NCBI GenBank assembly: GCA_009914755.4
Contig: CP086569.2
Span: forward strand, 6,048,001 to 6,112,000
Source of the DNA: the human T2T-CHM13v2.0 reference genome, Homo sapiens
Reading direction: 5' to 3'
Length of the DNA: 64,000 nucleotides
Position 1 is the stretch's first letter; the number at the start of each line of letters is the position of its first letter. Shown here piece after piece: positions 53,921 to 64,000 of the stretch. The position numbers and the translations under genes are program-made. A model generated the notes under the pieces. It saw only the letters and a program-made list of their open reading frames with translations. It was not told the DNA's origin and ran no database searches.

Positions 53921-55398
53921 TAGGCATGCCTGAGTCATCCTGCAGATCCTTTTAGATCCTTATGGATTTCATGGTTTATTGCTGAAGCTCTGCTTGATGT
54001 TTCTTCAGGCTTGTTCACATCTGCCCTCTTCTAGGATCATGGGACTATCTCGAGGATCCACACCTCCACAGAAGTCTCCTTCTCAGCTGCCAAGATGCAG
54101 AGACTTAGGCAACTATGACATTCATGGTGATGCTAGCCAGAGCTCAAAGCTAAGGCCTTGTGCCCCTGACACTAGCGAATATGCATTTGCGAGGATGGCT
54201 CATGCACACAGCTCTCAGACCTGTTAGCCTAGGCAGAGGAAAATGGTACAAGTAGAGCCAGCTTTGTATTTAGAAAAAGGCTGCCTGAGATAACACACTG
54301 CGGTACTCTAAATGTCTTCAACTTAGGACCACGTCTTGTGATCTACATGGTCGGGTCCCACTGGAGTATGAAGCATTCCAGGACTGTGAAGTGGTGGCTG
54401 GAAACTGCTCTTCTGACTTCATTTCCAAAAGAAACTGTATGCAAGAATCTGGTCCCAAGGGGATTGGAATATAGTACGGTGAGTTTCCTTGTTGGCGGCA
54501 GTAATGGCAATTTACAATTTTAAAAATATCAAACCTGCCGAGTCATTAAAACATAACTGTGTTTAGAAGGAAACACTCATGCAATGGATTCCTAAGAGGG
54601 TTATTCTCCATGCAGGGGGAAACCTTTAGTGTGCAAGTGATTAAGCCAGACTCAGGAAACTGTAGGCTGACAAGGAACATGGAAGTCAGGAAAAGAAGAG
54701 AAAAGTGGCCACATCCCATTCAACATCAATCCTTTCCACTCCCATTTGGTTCTGGGTATGAAAACCCTCAAATTGGGAGTTTGCCAAAACAGCCCCAATT
54801 TGCAGTCCAACTTTTCCTGAAATATTGGAGGACTCCATCTGAACACTGGGTCATTTTATGGACTGCTTGTGCAATTAAAAGAATGTGGGAATGGTGTTGG
54901 AAACACCTTCTGTGTCATGTAATTTTTTTTGCAGGTGAAGTTGCAGAACCCCATTTACTCCTCATCAGATTGTATCTTCCCTCCTATCTGACTTTATTGC
55001 TGCTCACACTCTATGTCCCAGAAGGAAATCCCAAAATGATGGAGGAGTGTTTCCTCATGATGTGAAGTGCCTGCTGGGCTGGGAATTTCAAGGTATATTC
55101 AAGGGGACCTGCAGACAGGACTGCTAGTGTCTCTCTGTGTGTTGGCCACAGGAAAATAAAACACTGGGAGATGTCTCTTTTTTGGTGTGGTGTGCCCTCT
55201 TCTTTCTAGAAGAGTCAATTTTCTTGCAGGGTGAGCTGACTTGGATGCCTGCAGGTATCAGCCCACCTTCCAATTCACTGTGGATTAATAATCCATAGAA
55301 CACGGAGCTCTGGACCCCAAGCAGAGACACACAGAAAGGCCACCAAAAGGTTTTGAGTCCCCCACCAAAAAAGTGCTGAAATTCATTAGCCATACTTC

Positions 55399-57836
55399 TT
55401 TAAGCAGACTCCACTAACAGGCACACACACACACAGGCATGCATGCAAACACACACACACCAAGCCACAAACACAGAAAGACATCTAACACTTGCAGAAA
55501 ACACTCCCATGGAAACACAGCCTGGCAGCTTCTGATGCTGCCTGGTTCTGCAGGAAGCCCCCACTGGGAGAGAGCAAACCTAGGGAACATAGTTGGGCTG
55601 TAACTAGAAATCACAATGGGACAAGTTTCAAAAAGATTGACCCTACAATCTCTAGGCAAGCCTGTGGCATTGTGCAGATTTTTTTTTTTTTGTATGCATA
55701 GGGATTTCTTGGTTTATTTCCAGCGCTCTTCTTGACATTTCTTCAGGCTGGCTCACATCTGCCCTCTCAAAGCATCATGGGACTATTCCTTGGATCCCAC
55801 AGGGAAGACAGGGGAAAATCCACAGCCAAAGCATCTCCACGAAGGTCTCCGTTTCTGCCAAGCTGCAGGGAGTTGTCACTAGGTAAAGGTGGCATTCACT
55901 GTGACTCTAGCCAGAGACCACAGCTCAGGCCTGGTGCCCTGAGACAAGCACATGGGCATTCACGAAGCCAACTCTCAAAGCTGTCAGACTGCCTAAGCAG
56001 AGGAAAATGATACAGGCAGAGAATGTTTGGTATCGGGAAAAAGGCTGCCTATTATAAGCTACTGTGGGATCCTAAAAGTCTCCACCTGAGGGCTGCCTTC
56101 AGGCTGAGGCATTTCCAGACTCTGAGGTGGTTACTGAAAACTACTCTTCTGACTCCATTTTTGAAAGAGTCTGTGTGCAAGAATCGGGTCCCATGGGGAT
56201 TGGAATATAGTCTGGTGTGTTGTTGAGGGGTCTTTAGCTGACAAAATCAAACCTGAGACATCAGAGGTGGGTGTCAGTGAAAGATGACTGGGTTCTTAAC
56301 CTCACTTCCTCCCTTCACCCTGGGCCTCACTGCCGCTCTCTGGGAAAGCCAGGAACAACAACAAAGGAAAGTCCAAGGTGGAGCAGCATTCTCACACCTC
56401 GAAAGGCCAATCATGCATTCAGATGATGCTAAGAGAATGTCTCAAATGCCCTCTGTGGTGATTGCCAGCCTGAAAAAAGTACTCAGTACTGCTGTTAAGG
56501 GACACAGTGAACCACACATGAAAGGAATGAAAAATCAAGGCTCTCCTGAGAGAATGAGCCGATTTGTGCTGGAGTCCTAGCAATGTTTCAAGATTCCCAT
56601 CAGAGGACCCAAATCCTCCTGCAAAATTCAAACAACGTCAGCGTCCACATACAGACCATGACCCATAACCTGGAGCACAGAAGCCTATGCAAATTCCCTT
56701 TTGCTCCCTGAAATCTCTGGCTGCCAAAAGATCTGTGGCAAGAGGCAGTCCCATCCAGCAACAACCCAATGAAAGACACCCTCCACAATGAGAAAGTACG
56801 TGCAAATGAAATGAAACAGATCGTAGTTTACCAGTTAAAAGCCAGACACGATGGCCTGCTTGTCATCCTACAGGAATCATGCAGCCCTCCAATAGAAGTG
56901 GGAGAAAAAGACTTTCCTTGTTGGTGGCTGTAATGGGAATTTATGGTGTTAAAATATCACAGCTGCCCAGTCATTAAAATGTGACAGTGTTTAGAAGGAA
57001 ACACTAGGGATTCCCATGAGGGTTGTCCTCCATGAAGTGAAAACATTTAGCGTGAAAGACTTGGAGCCAGACCCAGGAAAACCTAGGCCCACGAGAAACA
57101 TGGAAGTCAGAAAAAGAAGAGGCAAGTGTGGAGGCCACATCCCACCCACCTTCAATCCATCTCACTCCCACTTGGCTGTGGAGATGAAAGCCCTCAAATC
57201 TGGAGTTTGCCAAGATATCCCCAGTTGCAGTCCAAATGTTCCCTGAACTTTGGAGTACTTCCAACTGAACACCATGCCATGAGGTTGAAAGCACCTTTTG
57301 TGTCATCTGTCTTCATTTCTCTTGCAGGTAAAGTTGTGTCACCCATGCACCCCTCACCAGATTGTATCATCACCCCTATTTGACCTTATTGCTCTCCACA
57401 CTCTATGTCCCAGGATGAAATCCCAAAATGATAAAAAAATGTGCCCACCCCCCACAACATATGAATCACCTGTTCGGCTGGGATGCGAATTCGAGGTTAA
57501 TTTAAGAGGCCCTGTGGACTGGAATGCTAGTGTCTCTCCTGGGTTGGCCAAAAGACAATAAAACACTGAAAGATATCTCTTTCTTGTGTAGTGTGCTCCT
57601 CTTCTTTCTGGAAGGGTGGTTTATGGCACACACAATGCCACATACAGACTCAGACATCCAACATTCGCAACACTCCCACAGAAACACCCAACCCAACAAC
57701 TACTCAGGATGCATTGTTGTGCAGGAAACACCATGTGGGAGAGAGCCCCACAGCCCAAGCAGAGTCACACAGACAAGCCAACAAAAGTTTGGGAGACACA
57801 AAAAAAGGAAGTGCTGAAGTGCATTACCAACATTCC
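55399..57836 (+). repeat. macrosatellite unit U22 (2438 bp)
   Basis: Boundary motif at 55399. Exon-like block at ~57330. The junction to U23 carries the 3-copy sub-repeat form. Confidence 0.85.
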
Positions 57837-58100
57837 TTTAAGCAGACTGCACTTACAATCACACACACACATACATGCAAACACAAAATGTCACACACAC
57901 ACACACACAGACATCCAACACCCACAACACTCCACCAGAAATGTTTGGAGGCAAAAAAAAAAAAAAGAAGAAGCACTGAGTACATTAGTCACATTATTTT
58001 AAGCACACTCCACTTACAGGCACACAAACACACACAATGCCACAGACACATGCAGACATCCAAGACTTGCAACACTCCTGCAAAATAAGTAAATAAATAA
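57615..58100 (+). repeat. Nested junction VNTR, 3-copy form
   Basis: Partial copy at 57615, boundary motifs at 57837 and 57996, and an A-run at 57949-57965. It ends with a unit-private (TAAA)5. Confidence 0.75.
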
Positions 58101-60303
58101 ATAAATGTTGGGCAGCTCCTGTCGCTGTGTGGTTCTGCAGGAATCCTAATCTGCAAGAGACCAACACCAAGAAACACAGGGGAACTGTACCTAGAAATTA
58201 CAGTGGGACAAGTTTCAAAAAGACTCACGCCTACAATGCCAGACCTGAGGATTCCTGTGTATACTTTTGGATCCTTTGGGATTTCACAGTATATTCCTGG
58301 AGCTGTGGTTGATGTTTCTCCAGGCTAGGATCATGGGACAATCCCATGGATACCACGGAGACTAGTGCCTGTGCATTCATGAGGAAGGATCAGGCACCTG
58401 TCTCTCAGAGCTGTCAGCCTGCTTAAGCAGAGGAAAATGGTACAGGCAGAGCTGGCCTGGCATGGCCAGAAAAACTGCCTGTGATAACCCACGGCCAGAC
58501 CCAAAAAGTCTAGACCATAGGACTGTTTTGGGCAGTCTCCGGGGTCAAGTTCTGCTGAAGGAGTTGTTTTGAGACTGTGAACTGTCTTTGCAACCTGCAC
58601 CTCTGCCTTCATTCCCCAGAGAGGCTGTGTGCAAGATTCCATTCCCATGGGGATTGGAATATGTCTGGTTAGTTTTTGATGGGTCCTTTGGTGATGGAAC
58701 CATAACTGAGACCCAAGAGGCAGATGTCAGCAAAAGATGGCCAGCCCCTTGATTTCACTGCCTCCCTTCATCCTGGACCTCACAGAGACTCTTGGGGAGA
58801 GATAGGAACCACAACAAAATCAAGTCCAAGATAAAGTGTTTGCACACCTCAAACTGGCCTCTCACAGGTGCAAATGAGGTTGAGACACCATATCAGAGGC
58901 CGTCTGTGGCAACTGCAAGCCAGAAAAATTGTGTCCAGTAGGGCTGATGCAGAGCAATGTGGGCCTCCCATGAAAGCAAACATAAATGAAGGCTCACCTG
59001 AGAGAACAAGCTGACTTGTGCGGGAGTCTAAGCAATGTTGAAAGATTTTTGCCAGAGGATTTAAAAGCCTCCTGCAAATGCCAAAAAACATCAGCCCCCA
59101 CAAGGAGACCATGGCCCACAACCTACAGCATAGTCAGCATAGAAAAAATCCTTTTTGGTTCCTGAAGTTTTTGGCAGCCAAATGATTTGTAGCAAGAAGC
59201 AGTCCCATTCAGCAAGAGCCAATGAAAGATCCACTCCACATCGTGGAAGGACTTGCAGATGAAGTAAAACAGAGCCAAGATTACCAGGCAAATACATACA
59301 TGGCTGCCTGCTTCTTATCCTACAGGAATCATGTAGCCCTTTGATAAAAGTGGGAGAACAAGGTTTTTCATGTTGGCGGCTGTATCGGGAATTTACGCTT
59401 TAAAAATATCACAGCTGCCCGGTCATTAAAACGTAACAGAGTTTAGAAAGAAACACTCAAGCAATGGATTCCCATGAGGGTTGTCCTCCATGAACTGGGA
59501 AATTTTAGTGTGGAAGACATGGAGGAAGACCCAGGAAACCATTGGCTGAAAAGGAACATGGAAGTCAGGAAAAGAAGAGGCAAGTGTGGAGGCCACAGAC
59601 CACCCAGCATCAATCAATCACACTCTCATTTGGCTCCAGGTATGAAAGCCCTCACATTGAGGGTTTGCCAGAATGGGCCCAGTTTGTAATGTTCCCTGAA
59701 CATTGGAGTACTTTCACCTGAACTCTGGGCTAAGGAGTTGAAGGCACGTTCCATGCCATTTTTCTTCATTTTATTTGCAGGTGATGTTGCAGAACCCCAT
59801 GTACCCCTCACCAGAATGTATCCTCACGCCTAAATGACCTTATTGCTGCTCACAATTTATGTCCCAGGTTGAGATCCCAAAATGATGGCGAATTGCCCCC
59901 CAAAGATGTGAATCACCTGATCGGCTAGGAACAAAACTCAAGGTAAATTCAAGTGGCCCTTTGGACAGGACTGCTTGTGTTTCTCCCTGGGTTGGCCACA
60001 GGACAATGAAACATTTGGAGATGTCTCTTTTCTAGAAAAGCTCCTCTTCTTTCTAGAAGAGTGGCTTTTTTGGCACACACAGTGCCGCGCACACACACAC
60101 ACACACACTCAGATATCCTAGACTACAACACTCCCACAGAAACACACAGCCCAGCAGCCACTGAAGTTGTGTTGTTGTGCAGGCAGCACCACCTGGAAGA
60201 GAGCCCTATAGCCCAAGCAGAGCCAAACGGACATGCCACCAAGGGTTGGGAGACTCAAAAAAATAAAAAAAAGGAAGTGCTAAAGTGCATTAGCAACATT
60301 CCT
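57837..60303 (+). repeat. macrosatellite unit U23 (2467 bp)
   Basis: Boundary motifs at 57837 and 57996. Exon-like block at ~59790. Confidence 0.85.
58081..58104 (+). repeat. (TAAA)5 microsatellite, private to one unit
   Basis: ataagtaaataaataaataaatgttgg. Absent from the homologous position in other units. Confidence 0.85.
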
Positions 60304-60560
60304 TTAAGTAGACTCCACTTACAGTCACACACACACAAACACACAATCGTACACACATAGTTATCCACCAGAAAGGTTTGGAGACTAAAAAAAGAAAAAA
60401 AGATGAAGAAGTGCTGAAGTGTTTTAGCCTCATTATTTTAAGTACACTCCACTTACAGGAACACACATACAGAAATACACAATACCACACACAAAGGCAG
60501 ACAAGCAACATCACAACACTTCCACAGAAAAACAAATTCCAGCACCAACTTAGGCTGTGT
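60085..60560 (+). repeat. Nested junction VNTR, 3-copy form
   Basis: Partial copy at 60085 with (CA)n, then boundary motifs at 60304 and 60433. Confidence 0.75.
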
Positions 60561-62871
60561 GGTTCTGCAGGGATTCCCACCTTGGGGAGAGTAACCCCAA
60601 GAAATACAGGCAGGCTGTACTTCACAGTGGGGCATGTTTCAAAAAGATTCCCTTCTACAACATCTAGGTAGGCCTGAGAAATCCTGCAGATCCTTTTGCA
60701 TCCTTAGGGATTTTGCAGATTATTTCTGGGGCTGTGCTTGACCTTTCTACAGGCTGGCTCACATCTGCCCTCTCCTAGCATCATGAGACAATCACGTGGA
60801 TACCACAGAGAAGACAGGCATGAGTCCACCGATGACACACCTCCAAGGAGGTCTCCTTCTCCGCCAAGCCACAGGGACTTTTTGCTAGGCAATTGTGACA
60901 TTCATTGTGATTCTAGCCAGAGCTCACAATCAGGCCTGATTCTGTGAGACTAGCACACATGCATTCATGAGGCAGGTCAAGCAGCCAGCTGTCAGAACTG
61001 TCAGCTTGCCTAAGCAGAGGTAAATGGAACAGGTAGAGCCAGCCTGGTATCAAGAAAAAGGCTGTCTCTGAAAACCCACTGCAGGATGCTAAATGTCTCA
61101 ACCTCAGGGCCCCTTCGGGTCATCTCTGTGGTTGGATCCCGGTGGAGGAAGAGGCATTTTGAGGCAGTGAGCTGGTCACTGTCCATTCCAGAAAGAGGGT
61201 ATGTGCAAGAATCTGGTCCCCTGGGGATAGGAATGTGCTTGGGTGTATTGTTGAGGGTTCCTTGGGCGATAGAATCATACCTGAGTATCTAGAGGCAGGT
61301 GTTAACAAAAGACAGCAGTGCTCTTGACCTCACTGCCTTCCTTGATCCTGGGCCTCACAGGGGCTCATTGTGAAAGACAGGAGCAACAACAAGGGCAAGG
61401 TGGAGCAGTGTTCTCATATCTTGGACTGGGCTTTCACCCATGAAGGTGAAGTTGAGACAGGGTCTCAGCGGCCATCTGTGGGGATGGTAAGCCTGAAAGT
61501 GGTGTCCTGTTGTGCTGTTGAGGGGCACTGTGAACTCCCCTGGAAAGCAAAGACAAATCAAGGCATACCTGGGAGAATGAGCTGCCTTGTTCCGCGGTCC
61601 AGATGATGTTCATGATTCCTGTCAGAGGACCCAAAATCCTCTTGCAATTTGGAAACCACATCAGTTTCAACAATGAGACAAGGACCCACCTCCTTGAGCA
61701 TAGGCAGACTACTTGAAGTCCCATTTGCTGTTTGAAATCACTGGCAGCTAATCTGTGGCCAGAGGCAGTCTCATCTAGCAATAGCCTAATGAAAGAGCCC
61801 TTCCATGATGAGAAGCCCGTCCAGATGAAATGAAACAGAGGATAGATTACCAGGCAAAAGCAAGACATGGCTAAGTGCTCATCCTACAGGAATTATGCAG
61901 CCCTCCAATAGAAGTGGGAGTTTCCTTGGTGGTGGTGGTGGTAATGGGAATTTATGATTTTAAAAGTATCAAAGCTGCCCAGTCATTAAAACTTGACAGT
62001 GTTTAGAAGGAAACACTTATGCAATGGATTCCCATGATAATCATTCTCCATGAACTGAGAAACGTTTAGTGTAGAAGTGGTTGAGCCATACCCAGGAAAC
62101 CCTAGGCCAACAAGAAACATGGAAGTCAGTGAAAGAAGAGGCAAGTCTGGAGGCCACATCCCACCCAGCATCCATCAATTCCACTCCCATTTGGCTTTGA
62201 GTATGAAAGCCCTCAAATCGGGAGTTTGCCAGGTTGGCCCCAATTTGCAGTCCAAATATTTTTTGCACATTGGAGTACTCTCACTTGAACACCGAGCCAT
62301 GTTGTTGTCTGCTTGTGCAATTAAGGGAATGCGGGGATGGAGTTGGAAACACATTCTGTGTCACCTGTCTTCACTATTTTTACAGGTGTAGTTGTGGGAC
62401 CCCATCCACCCTGACCAGATTGTATCCTCATCCCTATTTGACCTTATTGCTGCTCACTCTCTATGTCCCAGTATAAAATCCCAAGACTGTGGTGGAGTGC
62501 CCCCTCATGACATAAAGCACCTCCTCAGGTGGGAAACAAATTTGAGGTAAATTCAAGTGGCCCTGCAGACAGGACACTTAATGTCTCTCCCTCGTTTGGC
62601 CAAAGGACAGACAATGAAACACTGGGCAATATCTCATTTTTGGTGTGACGTGCTCCTCTTCTTTTTAGAAGATTGGCTTTTTTTGGTACGGAGAGATGAC
62701 TTGGACACAGACATCTCTCGACCTGCCTCCCAATTGACTGCGGATTTATGATCTTCCAAAAAATAAAGAACACAGGGACCCATAACCCAAGCAGAGCCAC
62801 ACAGCCAAGCCAACAAAGTGTTGGAAGAAAAAAAAAAAGAAGAAGCTCAGAAGTGTGTCAGCCACATTATT
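60304..62871 (+). repeat. macrosatellite unit U24 (2568 bp)
   Basis: Boundary motifs at 60304 and 60433. Exon-like block at ~62385. Confidence 0.85.
61925..61942 (+). repeat. (GGT)5 microsatellite, private to one unit
   Basis: tttccttggtggtggtggtggtaatggg. The homologous site in other units reads tttccttgttggtggctgtaatggg. Confidence 0.8.
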
Positions 62872-62891
62872 TTAAGCAGAGCCACTTACAG

Positions 62892-62930
<39 letters not shown>

Positions 62931-64000
62931 CGATGCCAAAAACACACACAGACATCCAACACTCACAACACTCCCACAGAAAAATACAGCCTGGCAGCAC
63001 CTGAGACTGTGTGGTTCTGCAGGAATCCCGACCTAGGAGAGAGCAACCCCAACGAACACAGGGCAACTGTACCTAGAAATCATTGTGGGACAAGTTTCAA
63101 AAAGACTCACCCCTAAAACTTCTTGGCAGGCCCATGAAATCTTGCAGACATTTTTGGATTCTTAGGGTTTTCAATGTTTATTCCTGGGATCAGCTTTACC
63201 TTTCTTCATGCTGGTTCACATCTACCCTATCCTAGGGTAATGAGACTATCCAGTAAATCTCACAGAGAAGACAGGTGACAGTCCACTGCCCACACAACTA
63301 CATAGAGGTCTTCTTCTCTGGCAAGCCACGGGCATTGTAACTAGGCAATGGTGACATTTATTGTGATGCTAGCTAGAGCTCACAATCAGGCCTGGTATCC
63401 TGAGAGTAGCCCATGCACATTTTAAGGCAGGCTCAGGTAACCAACTCTCAGGGCTGTCATCCTGACTAAGCAGAGGAAAATGGTACAGGCAGAACTGAAC
63501 TAGGGTGGGATAAAAGGCTGCCTGAGATAACCCACTGCCTTACCCAAAAGGTCTAGACTCTAGAGCCCTTTTGGGCAGTCTCCATGGTCAGGTCCAACTG
63601 AAAGAGGAGTCATTTTGAGACTGTGAGGTGGTCGCTGCAATCTGCTCCTCTGTCTCCATTCCAAAAAGAGACTGTGTGTAAGAGTCTGCTCTCTTGGGGA
63701 TTGGAATACCATCTGGTGAGTCTTTGAGGTGTCTTTGGGTAATGAAATCATCACTGAGACCTAAGAGGTGGGTGTCAGCAAGAGATGGACAGGCCCTTGA
63801 CCTCACTGCCTCCCTGCATTCTGCTTATCTCAGGGGCCCTCAGGGAAAGGCAGGAACCATGACAAAGGCAAGTCAAAAATAAAGCATTGTTCTCACACTT
63901 CAAACTGGCCTCTCACGGGTGTAGATGAGATTGAGACATTGTATCAGAGGTCGTCTGTGGCAATTGCAAGCCAGAAAATGGTGTCCAGTAGTGCTGATGA
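62872..64000 (+). repeat. macrosatellite unit U25 (partial, 1129 bp; window ends inside the unit)
   Basis: Boundary motif at 62872, followed by the longest pure (CA)17 at 62893-62926. Confidence 0.85.
62893..62926 (+). repeat. (CA)17 microsatellite at the unit junction
   Basis: Pure ca dinucleotide run directly after the boundary motif. Homologous tracts occur at 14677-14697, 25889-25913, 50531-50550, 12343-12372 (interrupted) and 60085-60110. Confidence 0.95.

Overview
This window is primate (human-like) genomic DNA made up almost entirely of one head-to-tail macrosatellite array. It contains no bacterial-type features and no convincing host protein-coding gene. The repeat unit is about 2.3-2.6 kb and is present in 25 copies, 23 of them essentially complete, all in the same orientation. 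Units are roughly 80-90% identical to one another by eye and are strongly CpG-depleted.

Each unit has four parts:
- a junction segment made of a ~150-200 bp sub-repeat carrying an A-tract, the motif ttaagcagactccacttacag and a (CA)n tract;
- a central core of about 1.3 kb;
- a region that stays open as an ORF in many copies;
- an exon-like block with a poly-T tract and AG acceptor, a conserved ~170 bp core, and a GTAAAT donor.

The array is interrupted by three private transposable-element insertions:
- a class I (gammaretrovirus-like) ERV fragment of about 4.5 kb (5588-10070) with a gag zinc knuckle, pro, RT, RNase H, integrase and an LTR-like 3' end, but no 5' LTR;
- an Alu (27406-27703);
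- a 5'-truncated L1PA-type LINE-1 (50725-53880, minus strand) with a twin-priming-type 5' inversion and a ~16 bp target-site duplication.

Several other structures are visible:
- a nested VNTR at the unit junction, whose 3-copy form occurs at two pairs of adjacent junctions;
- a 5' breakpoint at ctggtgagtt shared by three independent intra-unit deletions;
- intra-unit tandem duplications of ~750 bp and ~105 bp;
- three homopolymer T-tract sites per unit that vary in length;
- unit-private microsatellites.

The repeat family could not be named with certainty from sequence alone. SST1/MER22-type macrosatellite is the hypothesis to test, but the CpG paucity argues for caution. The other open questions are whether the array produces a spliced repeat transcript and whether the recurrent ORF means anything.
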